From Frankiaceae bacterium (GTDB lineage Bacteria > Actinomycetota > Actinomycetes > JADGOV01), in contig JADGOV010000001.1 of the NCBI GenBank assembly GCA_017882785.1, positions 481-64,480 on the forward strand: a DNA stretch of 64,000 nt, given 5' to 3'. A program made the position numbers and the translations under genes. Positions 8,159-16,435 of the stretch are shown piece after piece. Position 1 is the stretch's first letter; each line of letters starts with the position of its first letter. The notes below the pieces were generated by a model, which worked only from the letters and a program-made list of their open reading frames with translations, was not told where the DNA came from and did no database searches.

Positions 8159-10476
8159 TGACGACTCCGCCGCAGGCCTCGGCGCGGGTCCCTGACGCCA
8201 CCCGGTTGAGCACCGTCGACCTCGCCGTCGGCGGCATGACCTGCGCCTCCTGCGCCGCGCGCATCGAGAGGAAGCTCAACCGGATCGACGGGGTGACCGC
8301 CACGGTGAACTACGCCACCGAGAAGGCACGGATCAGATATCCGGCGCATGTCGCGCCGGAGGATCTGGTCGCCACGGTGGTCGCGACCGGATACACCGCG
8401 ACGCTGCCGGCCGTACCGACCCCCGACGGGGCGGCGGGGGAGCCTCCGTCACCGGAGTCGGACGAGGCTGCCTTCTACCGGCAACGGTTGCTCATCTCCC
8501 TGACCCTGACCGCGCCCGTGCTGGTACTCGCCATGGTGCCCGCACTGCAGTTCCGCAACTGGCAGTGGGCCTCGCTGACCCTGGCCTCGCCGGTCGTGGT
8601 CTGGGGTGCATGGCCGTTCCACCGGGCGGCGTGGGCCAATGCCCGCCACGGCGCGGCCACCATGGACACGCTGGTCTCGGTCGGTGTGAGTGCCGCCTAT
8701 CTCTGGTCGCTGTGGGCGCTGTTCCTCGGCGACGCCGGTGAGACCGGCATGCGGATGACCTCCACGCTGCTGCCCGCGCGGGGCGGCGGGGCGGACGAGA
8801 TCTACCTGGAGGTGGCCTCCGCGGTCACTGTCTTCATCCTGTCCGGTCGGTTCTTCGAGGCCCGGGCCAAACGCCGATCCGGTGCGGCCCTGCGGGCGCT
8901 GCTCTCGCTCGGCGCGAAGGAGGTCGCGGTCCTCCGCGACTGTTCGTCCGGCCGGGTCGAGGTGCGGGTGCCCAGCGGGCAACTCGCGGTTGGTGACGTC
9001 TTCCTCGTTCGGCCGGGGGAGAAGGTCGCGACCGACGGCGTCGTGGTCGACGGGACGTCCGCACTGGACGCCTCGATGCTCACCGGCGAGCCGGTTCCGG
9101 TCGAGGTGGGGCCCGGAAGTCCGGTCATCGGCGGGACGGCCAACGCCGGTGGGCGGCTCATCGTGCGGGCGACGCGGGTGGGCGCCGACACCCAACTCGC
9201 CCAGATGGCCCGGCTTGTCGAGGACGCACAGAGCGGCAAGGCCGATGTCCAGCGTCTGGCCGACCGGGTGTCCGCGGTCTTCGTCCCCATCGTGCTCGTG
9301 CTGGCCGCTCTCACGCTGGGCGGGTGGCTCGCGGCCGGAGCCAGCGTCACGACCGCCTTCACCGCGGCCGTCGCCGTACTCATCATCGCCTGCCCGTGCG
9401 CGCTCGGGTTGGCCACGCCGACAGCGTTGCTGGTGGGCACCGGTCGTGGCGCCCAGCTCGGCATCATCATCAAAGGTCCGCAGGTATTGGAATCGACCCG
9501 GCGGGTGGACACCGTGGTGCTGGACAAGACCGGCACCGTGACGACCGGCCGGATGGCCCTGCATGACGTGCTGCCGGCGACCGGCACCGACCCCGGGCAG
9601 CTGCTGCGGCTCGCCGGCGGGCTGGAGAACGCTTCGGAGCATCCCATCGCCGCCGCGGTCGCCCAGGGCGCCCGAGCGGCGTCGCCCGACCCACTGCCGT
9701 CGGTGGAGGGCTTCGCCAGTACGCAGGGACTCGGGGTAGCAGGCGTGGTCGACGGGGTCGCGGTCGTGGCCGGGCGCCGGAGCTGGCTCCAGCGTGAGTG
9801 GTCGCTGGTCGTGCCGGCGGAGGTGGCCGCGTCGGCGGACGCCGCCGAGGCCGTCGGGCGGACGGTGATCTACGTCGGTTGGGATGGCCGGGCGCGGGGG
9901 GCTCTCGTGGTGGCTGACGTCGTCAAACCCACGTCGGCGGCGGCCGTCGGCCAGCTGCGCGCCCTCGGTCTGCGGCCCGTGCTCCTCACCGGCGACAACG
10001 AGCGCGCAGCGCGGGCCGTCGCCGCCGAGGTCGGCATCTCCGAGGTCGTCGCGGAGATGCTGCCGGCGGGCAAGGTGGACCTCGTGCGGCAGCTGCAGGC
10101 GGACGGTCGGGTCGTCGCGGTGGTCGGTGACGGCGTCAACGACGCGGCCGCGCTGGCCCAGGCCGACCTGGGGCTGGCGATGGGCACGGGCACCGACGTC
10201 GCCATCGAGGCCTCGGACCTGACCCTGGTACGCGGTGACCTTCGGGCCGCCGGCGACGCGATCGAGTTGTCCCGGGCCACCCTTCGCACGATCAAGGGCA
10301 ACTTGTTCTGGGCGTTCGCGTACAACATGGCCGCGCTGCCGTTGGCCGCGCTCGGGTTGCTCAACCCCCTGATCGCCGGAGCCGCGATGGCGTTCAGCTC
10401 GGTGTTCGTCGTGTCAAACAGCCTGCGGTTGCGCCGGTTCACCCCGCATTCCGGTTCGCCGGCCGCTCCGGAGTAG
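8155..10476 (+). CDS. copA: Copper-translocating P1B-type ATPase
   Basis: N-terminal HMA domain ('GMTCASCAARIE'), the transmembrane 'CPC' motif, the phosphorylation site 'DKTGTVT' and 'GDGVNDAAAL'. Start overlaps the copZ stop. Confidence 0.95.
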   Translation: MMTTPPQASARVPDATRLSTVDLAVGGMTCASCAARIERKLNRIDGVTATVNYATEKARIRYPAHVAPEDLVATVVATGYTATLPAVPTPDGAAGEPPSPESDEAAFYRQRLLISLTLTAPVLVLAMVPALQFRNWQWASLTLASPVVVWGAWPFHRAAWANARHGAATMDTLVSVGVSAAYLWSLWALFLGDAGETGMRMTSTLLPARGGGADEIYLEVASAVTVFILSGRFFEARAKRRSGAALRALLSLGAKEVAVLRDCSSGRVEVRVPSGQLAVGDVFLVRPGEKVATDGVVVDGTSALDASMLTGEPVPVEVGPGSPVIGGTANAGGRLIVRATRVGADTQLAQMARLVEDAQSGKADVQRLADRVSAVFVPIVLVLAALTLGGWLAAGASVTTAFTAAVAVLIIACPCALGLATPTALLVGTGRGAQLGIIIKGPQVLESTRRVDTVVLDKTGTVTTGRMALHDVLPATGTDPGQLLRLAGGLENASEHPIAAAVAQGARAASPDPLPSVEGFASTQGLGVAGVVDGVAVVAGRRSWLQREWSLVVPAEVAASADAAEAVGRTVIYVGWDGRARGALVVADVVKPTSAAAVGQLRALGLRPVLLTGDNERAARAVAAEVGISEVVAEMLPAGKVDLVRQLQADGRVVAVVGDGVNDAAALAQADLGLAMGTGTDVAIEASDLTLVRGDLRAAGDAIELSRATLRTIKGNLFWAFAYNMAALPLAALGLLNPLIAGAAMAFSSVFVVSNSLRLRRFTPHSGSPAAPE

Positions 10477-10483
10477 ATCGCGC

Positions 10484-10560
10484 CGTTCGTGCGTTGGCCT
10501 ACGCTGATCATGCTCGTTCGTACGTTGGCCTGCGCTGATCATGCTCGTTCGTACGTTTCA
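10484..10560. repeat. 31-bp tandem direct repeat, 2.5 copies (cgttcgtRcgttggcctRcgctgatcatgct)
   Basis: Units at 10484-10514 and 10515-10545 differ at 2 positions; a partial third copy covers 10546-10560. Contains the TGATCA and CGTACG palindromes. Confidence 0.8.
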
Positions 10561-10600
10561 CGGGACCCGGGAACGCCCCATTCAGCATGATCGGCGCAGG
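10529..10600. promoter_or_regulatory. 17-bp inverted repeat (cctgcgctgatcatgct ... agcatgatcggcgcagg) with a 38-nt spacer, downstream of copA
   Basis: Arms at 10529-10545 and 10584-10600 match at 16 of 17 positions. Could be a terminator or protein-binding element for the convergent region. Confidence 0.35.
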
Positions 10601-10629
10601 CAGGCGCGCAGGCAGGCGGCGCAGGCAGG
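10593..10629. repeat. Three tandem copies of a cg(g)cgcaggcagg unit (12-13 nt)
   Basis: Read directly from the sequence; continues on from the right arm of the inverted repeat. Confidence 0.7.
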
Positions 10630-10671
10630 CGATGGGGCGAGGTGGGCGGCGGCTCGTGCGGACCTACGCAG

Positions 10672-10737
10672 AGTCCTCTACGCATAGTCCGCTCCACCTA
10701 GTCCTCTACGGATAGTTCCCCGGCACAGTCCTCTCGG
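10672..10737. promoter_or_regulatory. Three direct repeats of an AGTCCTCTACG-containing motif of about 22 bp at 27-28-bp spacing, 80-145 bp upstream of the LPXTG-protein gene
   Basis: Copies at 10672-10682 and 10700-10710 (both agtcctctacg) and 10727-10737 (agtcctctcgg), each followed by a related flanking sequence (catagtcc / gatagttcc). Candidate transcription-factor binding array. Confidence 0.45.
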
Positions 10738-10805
10738 CGTGGCACAGCCTCTTTCGTCACATGAGCGATTACGGTCAGCAATCGACCTGCTACGAGGAGA
10801 GTGTC

Positions 10806-12761
10806 GTGACCCGGATGAAACTGTGGGTGGCCGCCGCCACGGCGGGGTTGGTCACGCTGGCCGGGGTTACTGCTGGCATCTCGTCGGGGGCCGCGGCCGC
10901 TGGCACCGGCTACTCGGTGACGTTCGTCGCCCGGCAGTGCCCGTCGTACGACTCGATCATGGCCAACCGAGCGCGCAACAATATCCAAGAGAGCCTCCGC
11001 GACCTGGGCCCGGATTCGCGCTACAGCCCGGGACAGCCGGTCGACCCCAGCGTCGAGGAGCCGGCCCAGCCGCTCTGCACACCCCTCAACGGTCGGGTCT
11101 TCAGCTTCGGCAACCGCATCGGGGGCAAGGTCGATCATCTCACTGTCGTCTCCGGAGCGAGCCCTCCGACGCCCGCCACCCGCGCCAGCGTCCCGCTGCT
11201 CGCTGCCGACGGCTCGGACACCGGTCGGACCATCGACGGCGCCGTCACTGTCGAGCTCAGCAGGGAACAGCTCGCCCTGGCGCAGCGCGGCAGTTCGCTG
11301 TGGCTCCAGGGTGGCACACCCGCCGACCCGCTGCCGGATCCCACCGTGCACGGCTTCGGGGCGCTGCGCTGTGCCGTCGACAACCTCAACGGCGACAACG
11401 TCGAGTGGATCGGCTACCCCAACGGATACCGGCACCTCTTCTGCTACTACCTCACCGTCCAGATTCCCCCTGCGCCCGGCACGATCCGCGTCGTCAAGAA
11501 GGTGACACCGGACGCCGGCATCGTCGATGAACGGTTCCCGTTCACCGGCAACGTGTCCTACAACCCCGGCGGCACGTTCCAGATCGGCATGACCGGCGGC
11601 GAACCAGCCGGCCTCGACTTCGTTCGCGGCGCGACCCGACCGGGGGACGACCCCTGGACCGTCCGGGAAGATGCCCTACCCGACTGGGTTCTGGAGTCGC
11701 TCGCCTGCACCAGCCGAGGCGGGGGCAGCACGGTGGCGACGGATGGCGCGGCGGCAAGCATTCGGCTGGTCGCCGGTGACCTGGTCACCTGCACCTACAC
11801 CGACGCGCCCGTCAGCCAGGGCATCGTGCTGGTCCAAAAGATCACCAGAGGGGGCACCGGCGGTCCGTTCGGCTTCACCGTCCGCCCGCCCACCGGCTCC
11901 CCGACCTCTTTCACGGCCAGCACAACCGCGGAGGGGGAGGAGGTCGAGGCCGGCAGCGTCAAGGGCAGGTCTGGCCGCTACGCCGTCGAGGAGACCCTGC
12001 CGGCACCGAGCGGAGCAGGCCGCTGGGCCCTCACCGAGGCGATCTGTAACGGAGTGCACACGCCCATCGAGGGCACCACGGTCGACGTCGACGCTACTGC
12101 CGGGGATCCGGCCACCTGCACCTTCACCGACACCTTCACCCCCGCCGGCGAGTTGCGCCTCTCCAAGATCACATCCGGTGGCACCGGCACCTTCTCCTAC
12201 GAGATCATCCCCGACCCGCCGTTGCGGCTGAGCGAGGCGCTCAACCCCCGGCGGTCGGTGACCACGACGGCGCAAGGTGTGCCGGTGTCGGCCGAGCCGG
12301 TCCGGAGGTTGGCGATGGGCCGGTACCTGGTGACCGAGTTCGCGCCACCGGTCACGGGAGGAGCCTGGACATCGAAGACGATCGACTGTGGGGACAACCA
12401 TGACGTCGTGCTCCGCAACGGGCAGATCGACGTCGAGCTGACAGCGGAGAACCCGGTGGCCGACTGCAGGTTCGCCAATCATCGTGTCCCCCCGCTACCG
12501 CCCAAGCCGAGTCCGACCGTCACCCCCCGCCCGCCGGTCTCGCCCACCCCCACAGCCAGCAACGAGATCACCATCGCCCCGGGCATTCCCCCGAGCACGC
12601 CGCCCGTCTCCCTCGGGGAGGGGCGGTCCACTCGACGGGGCTCCGCGTTGCCCTTCACCGGACTGGGTCTGATCGCGCTGCTCGCTGTCGCGGCGGGCGC
12701 CGTTGGCCTCGGCGTGGTGTTCCTTGGCCCGCTCCGCCGCCACCGTAGGGGGTCCGGGTAG
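10806..12761 (+). CDS. LPXTG-anchored cell-surface protein with three tandem SpaA-like/prealbumin-fold domains (putative adhesin)
   Basis: Signal peptide 'MKLWVAAATAGLVTLAGVTAG'. Three repeats of an approximately 110-aa domain ('KITRGGTGGPFGFTV...DPATCTFTD', 'LSKITSGGTGTFSYEI...'), then a Pro/Thr-rich stalk. C-terminal 'LPFTG' sortase motif with hydrophobic helix and 'RRHRRGSG' tail. Start is GTG 10806 or ATG 10815. Confidence 0.8.
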   Translation: MTRMKLWVAAATAGLVTLAGVTAGISSGAAAAGTGYSVTFVARQCPSYDSIMANRARNNIQESLRDLGPDSRYSPGQPVDPSVEEPAQPLCTPLNGRVFSFGNRIGGKVDHLTVVSGASPPTPATRASVPLLAADGSDTGRTIDGAVTVELSREQLALAQRGSSLWLQGGTPADPLPDPTVHGFGALRCAVDNLNGDNVEWIGYPNGYRHLFCYYLTVQIPPAPGTIRVVKKVTPDAGIVDERFPFTGNVSYNPGGTFQIGMTGGEPAGLDFVRGATRPGDDPWTVREDALPDWVLESLACTSRGGGSTVATDGAAASIRLVAGDLVTCTYTDAPVSQGIVLVQKITRGGTGGPFGFTVRPPTGSPTSFTASTTAEGEEVEAGSVKGRSGRYAVEETLPAPSGAGRWALTEAICNGVHTPIEGTTVDVDATAGDPATCTFTDTFTPAGELRLSKITSGGTGTFSYEIIPDPPLRLSEALNPRRSVTTTAQGVPVSAEPVRRLAMGRYLVTEFAPPVTGGAWTSKTIDCGDNHDVVLRNGQIDVELTAENPVADCRFANHRVPPLPPKPSPTVTPRPPVSPTPTASNEITIAPGIPPSTPPVSLGEGRSTRRGSALPFTGLGLIALLAVAAGAVGLGVVFLGPLRRHRRGSG

Positions 12762-13112
12762 GGCTGGTACCGCTTGGTCCGCTCCGCGTTAGGTTACCCG
12801 GCACTGATCCCGGCTGACGGACTCAGGGCACGGGCCCCTGGAGGGGGCCGTCACCGACACGGCGTTGCCGACGAGCAGCCTCACGGGAAACGTGGTCGCT
12901 CCGTGCTGGGACGACCTCATCATTCGGCCGCACTCGTCCACCGTCGTGGACGGCATCTTCGTCAAGACCAAGGGCCGTGCTCCGCATCGGACGTGGATTG
13001 TCTCCTGGCGCGGCGTCGACTTCGCCACGCAGGGCACGACCGTTCGGTTCGAGGCCAGCTTCACGGAGCGCTCGCAGCAGCGGGCTGGGAAAGCGGCCAG
13101 CGGCCACCCGGG

Positions 13113-13439
13113 TCAGTTGCCGGGCAGCCAGCCCACCACCGTGACCTCCTCGGCCGGCTCGATGACCAGCCCGTCGCTGCCGCAGACCGGGCAGCGGTCC
13201 AGCTTTGTACCACGGAAGTCCTGCCCGCAGCCCAGGCAGGACAGCAGATCGTCCAGCCGGGTCCAGATCACCGCGGCGTCCGCGGCGCTACTGTCCTTGG
13301 TAGCCATTCGCCACGTCGTGTCCACCACGTCGGCGTCGACGTCGGGCCCCAGCGCGACGGTCACCTGACGCACGGGCCGGCCGGCCACCTCGGTGAGGAA
13401 GCCCGCTGACGCGGCGTGGACCGCGCCGATCTCATGCAC
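13113..13439 (-). CDS. hypA: Hydrogenase nickel-insertion protein HypA
   Basis: 108 aa beginning V/M-H-E. C-terminal zinc ribbon 'CLGC...(11)...CPVC'. GTG start overlaps the hupD stop (GTGCATGA). The ORF-track N-terminal 63 aa overlap hupD in another frame and are rejected. Confidence 0.7.
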   Translation of the reverse strand: MHEIGAVHAASAGFLTEVAGRPVRQVTVALGPDVDADVVDTTWRMATKDSSAADAAVIWTRLDDLLSCLGCGQDFRGTKLDRCPVCGSDGLVIEPAEEVTVVGWLPGN

Positions 13440-13929
13440 GGGTCGGCACCGGGATGTCCCACGCTGCCAGCTGGCACAATGCCTGGTCCACCACTTCGTC
13501 CAACCCCCGCTCCGCATCGGGGCTGAGCCCATAGCCCATCTCCAGCGAGATGGGCACCATACCCACAGCGGCGAGTCGTCGTGGCGCGCACCCGGCGAGT
13601 TCGGCTGCGGCCAACGCATCCACGACACCGATCTGGTGGGCCGACATCATGATCGAACGGGCCATCGGAATCTGATCGGCGGCCAGTGTCAGCACCGTCC
13701 CGGGCGCCAGCTCACCGGCGACCACCGCGTCCAGGAGGAGGACCGACGTCCTGTCGGCGATCTCCGGTAGCAGTGCCAGCCCCAGCGTGGCGCCATCGAG
13801 GACCTCCACGCCCGGGAGCGCGAGGTCGGCGATCCGCCGGGCCGCCACGACGCCGAGGCCCTCGTCGGTGAACAACTCGTTGCCGATGCCGAGGACGAGC
13901 GTCTCGGCCCGGTCGGGTACCGGGCTCAC
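13432..13929 (-). CDS. hupD: [NiFe]-hydrogenase maturation endopeptidase (HyaD/HupD/HybD family)
   Basis: About 165 aa with 'LVLGIGNELFTDEGLGV'. GTG start overlaps the hupC stop (GTGA). The ORF-track 308-aa version is an N-terminal over-extension. Confidence 0.85.
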   Translation of the reverse strand: MSPVPDRAETLVLGIGNELFTDEGLGVVAARRIADLALPGVEVLDGATLGLALLPEIADRTSVLLLDAVVAGELAPGTVLTLAADQIPMARSIMMSAHQIGVVDALAAAELAGCAPRRLAAVGMVPISLEMGYGLSPDAERGLDEVVDQALCQLAAWDIPVPTRA

Positions 13930-14606
13930 TGCCACTCCTCGGGCACGCGATCCTTGGGCAGCGTCTTCCACCCGGAAACGATCGAGGACACCTCGCCGCT
14001 GGCCTCCTCGTGGTCGACCAGCACTGCCGAGTACACGTGGTGCACCACGAAGCCGATCGTCAGCCACATGATCAGGTGGTGGATGAAGCGCACCATGCCC
14101 ACGCCGATGAAGTTGTAGATCCAGCCGCTGGCGAACCACAGGAAGCCGTCCCGCTCGTCCAGCCCGTCGAGCGCCAGGCCGGTGACCGCCTGCAGGGCGA
14201 ACATGCCGAACAGCACCAGGTAGGTCAAGCCCGCAAGCGGGTTGTGACCGACCACCGGAGGTGGCTCCTTGTCGAGGAAGAGATAGTAGCGCAGGCTGGG
14301 TAGCAGCAGCTTCCAGCGTTCCCGGTGCACGGGCAGGAACTGGTCCCAGCGGGCCCAACGATTGCCGGTGAACATGAAGATCACTCGACCGATGAGCACG
14401 GCGATGAACACGTAGCCGGTGAAGAGGTGAATGCCCCGGGCGTACGCCATCGACAGGTGCACCCGGCCGCTGAGGGCCAGCGCTGGTGTGCCGATGTAGA
14501 GCCCGGTGACCGTGAGCACGACGATCGAGGCGACGAGCGTCCAGTGCAGCACCCGGACCGGGATCTGCCAGACCTTGACCAGAACCACCTCGGACGGGGT
14601 CAGCAT
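13926..14606 (-). CDS. hupC: Ni/Fe-hydrogenase b-type cytochrome subunit
   Basis: Four TM helices with conserved His residues. 'PVRVLHWTLV' lies 14 aa from the ATG at 14606, as in HyaC. An alternative GTG at 14720 overlaps the hupL stop and would add 38 hydrophilic residues. Confidence 0.8.
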   Translation of the reverse strand: MLTPSEVVLVKVWQIPVRVLHWTLVASIVVLTVTGLYIGTPALALSGRVHLSMAYARGIHLFTGYVFIAVLIGRVIFMFTGNRWARWDQFLPVHRERWKLLLPSLRYYLFLDKEPPPVVGHNPLAGLTYLVLFGMFALQAVTGLALDGLDERDGFLWFASGWIYNFIGVGMVRFIHHLIMWLTIGFVVHHVYSAVLVDHEEASGEVSSIVSGWKTLPKDRVPEEWQ

Positions 14607-14716
14607 CACGGGCTGACCCGCCGTCTCCTCCGCCGTGGCCGGCCGGACCGGGGTGATCGTGCCGGCCTGCTGGGCGCTCGTCTGCGCGTGGGTGTGAGTG
14701 TCCCGGCTGTCGGTTG

Positions 14717-16435
14717 TCACTGCACCTTCACCTCGACTACCGGGTTGCCGTCGGCGTCCAGCACGTGCGCGGCGCAGGCCATGCACGGATCGAAGGAGTG
14801 CACGGTCCGCAGGATCTCCAACGGCTGGGCCGGTTTCGCCACCGGAGTGCCGATCAACGCCGCCTCGTAGGCGCCGCGCTGCCCCTTGGCGTCGCGCGGG
14901 CTGCCGTTCCAGGTGGAGGGCACGACCGCCTGGTAGTTCTTGACCTTCTGGTCCTCGATGACGATCCAGTGCGAGAGCGCACCGCGCGGTGCCTCGTGGA
15001 AGCCGACGCCCTGGGCGTGGGCGGGCCAGGTCTTGGGGTCCCACAGCCGGTTGTCGTGCGTCTTGAGGTCACCGGAGCGGATGTTGGCCTGCAGCCGGTC
15101 CAGCAGGACGAGCGAATGCTTGGCGAGGATCTCGGTCTCCAGGCCCCGGGACAGCGTTCGGCCCAGCGTGGAATACAGCGCCGTCACCGGCGCGCCCAGT
15201 TCCTTCAGCGCCCCGTCGACCGACGCCTTGATCTGGGTGTTGCCGCGGGCGTAGCCGACGATCATCCGGGCCAGCGGCCCCACCTCGACCGCCAACTCGT
15301 CATAACGAGGCGCCTTGAGCCAGGTGTACTTGCCGTTGACGTCGAGATACTCGAAAGGCGGCTTGGGCCCGGTGTAGTGCGCGTGGGTCTCGCCCTCGAA
15401 CGGCCGCAGGGCCTTGTCCTCACCGCCGTCGTAGCGGAACCACGAGTGCTTGATGTATTCCGCGATCTTCGATGGGTCGACGTCCTGCACCGCGGCCAGG
15501 TTCCGGTTGCGCACCAGCCCTCCCGGCAGCACACCGCCGGCAGCGGGATGCCCCTGCTTGAACGGGGTCTCGGTGAAGTCGCCGAAGGCCATGTAGTTGG
15601 TCAGGCCGCCGCCGATGGTGGTCCACTCGGGGTAGGCCTTCGCGATGGCCACGAGATCGGGGATGTACGCCTGCTGGACGAAGTTCAGGCCCTTCGTCAG
15701 CAGCTGACGGATGTCCTCCATCCCGTTGTCGTTCAGGGCGTACTCGCCCTTGGGGTCCACCGGGAGGGCGGTGCCGCCGACGACGTAGGTCTGCGGGTGC
15801 GGGTTCTTCCCACCCAGGATGGCCTGCACGCGGGCAAAGTCGCGTTGGAAGTCCAGCGCGTCCAGGTAGTGGCTGACCGCGAGCAGATTCACCTCCGGAC
15901 TGAGCTGGTATGCCGGGTGACCCCAGTACGCGTTCGCGAAGGGGCCCAGCCGGCCCCGCTGCACGAAGGCAGCGAGCCGTTCCTTGACGCCGGCGAACAC
16001 GGTGGCCGAGGACCTCGGGTAGTTCGACAGTGACATCGCCACGGCCGAGGTCTTGGCCGGGTCACCCTTCAGCGCGGAGGTGACGTCCACCCAGTCCAAC
16101 GCGTGCAGGTGGTAGAAGTGCACGACGTGGTCGTGCACGTACTGCGCGGCGGCGATGAGCTCCCGGATCAACCGGGCGTTGAGCGGTGGCTCCATGCCCA
16201 GGGCGTCCTCCACCGCGCGGACCGAGGCGAGGGCGTGCACCGTCGTACAGACCCCACAGATCCGCTGGGCGAAGAACCAGGCGTCCCGGGGGTCGCGGCC
16301 CGCGATGATCTCCTCGATGCCGCGCCACATCGTGGTCGAAGACCAGGCGTCCCGTACCTTGCCGCCGTCGACCTGAGCTTCGATCCGGAGGTGACCCTCG
16401 ATACGGGTGATCGGGTCGACAACGATCCGGCTCAC
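14717..16435 (-). CDS. hupL: [NiFe]-hydrogenase large subunit (membrane-bound uptake type, group 1)
   Basis: 'RIEGH' N-terminus and 'RICGVCTTVH' Ni-Fe ligand motif. C-terminal 'DPCMACAAHVLD...' with a cleavable extension after His. 572 aa. Confidence 0.95.
   Translation of the reverse strand: MSRIVVDPITRIEGHLRIEAQVDGGKVRDAWSSTTMWRGIEEIIAGRDPRDAWFFAQRICGVCTTVHALASVRAVEDALGMEPPLNARLIRELIAAAQYVHDHVVHFYHLHALDWVDVTSALKGDPAKTSAVAMSLSNYPRSSATVFAGVKERLAAFVQRGRLGPFANAYWGHPAYQLSPEVNLLAVSHYLDALDFQRDFARVQAILGGKNPHPQTYVVGGTALPVDPKGEYALNDNGMEDIRQLLTKGLNFVQQAYIPDLVAIAKAYPEWTTIGGGLTNYMAFGDFTETPFKQGHPAAGGVLPGGLVRNRNLAAVQDVDPSKIAEYIKHSWFRYDGGEDKALRPFEGETHAHYTGPKPPFEYLDVNGKYTWLKAPRYDELAVEVGPLARMIVGYARGNTQIKASVDGALKELGAPVTALYSTLGRTLSRGLETEILAKHSLVLLDRLQANIRSGDLKTHDNRLWDPKTWPAHAQGVGFHEAPRGALSHWIVIEDQKVKNYQAVVPSTWNGSPRDAKGQRGAYEAALIGTPVAKPAQPLEILRTVHSFDPCMACAAHVLDADGNPVVEVKVQ

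Noticed and set aside
8449-9642. Long antisense ORFs such as 8449-9642(-), 5761-7512(-), 19047-20369(-), 34945-36306(-), 57433-58998(-) and 50931-52232(-)
   Set aside because: Typical high-GC antisense artefacts. They lie opposite strong, recognisable genes (copA, MFS, hypF, ABC permease, nuoM, nuoG), are Arg/Gly/Pro-rich and have no family signatures.
10484-10560. Tandem 31-bp repeats considered as a possible CRISPR array
   Set aside because: Only 2.5 directly abutting copies with no unique spacers between them, and no cas genes anywhere in the window. It is a simple tandem repeat.
13440-13628. N-terminal 63 codons of the 171-aa ORF 13113-13628(-)
   Set aside because: This part overlaps hupD in a different frame. 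The HypA homology begins exactly at the GTG that overlaps the hupD stop, so only 13113-13439 is kept.
13930-14358. 308-aa ORF-track version of the hydrogenase maturation protease, extending into hupC
   Set aside because: The conserved 'LVLGIGN' start of the protease family lies just after a GTG that overlaps the hupC stop. The upstream extension overlaps hupC in another frame.
14717-16435. Possibility that the hydrogenase large subunit is a selenoprotein ([NiFeSe])
   Set aside because: The C-terminal ligand motif is 'DPCMACAAH' with ordinary Cys codons, and there is no in-frame TGA.
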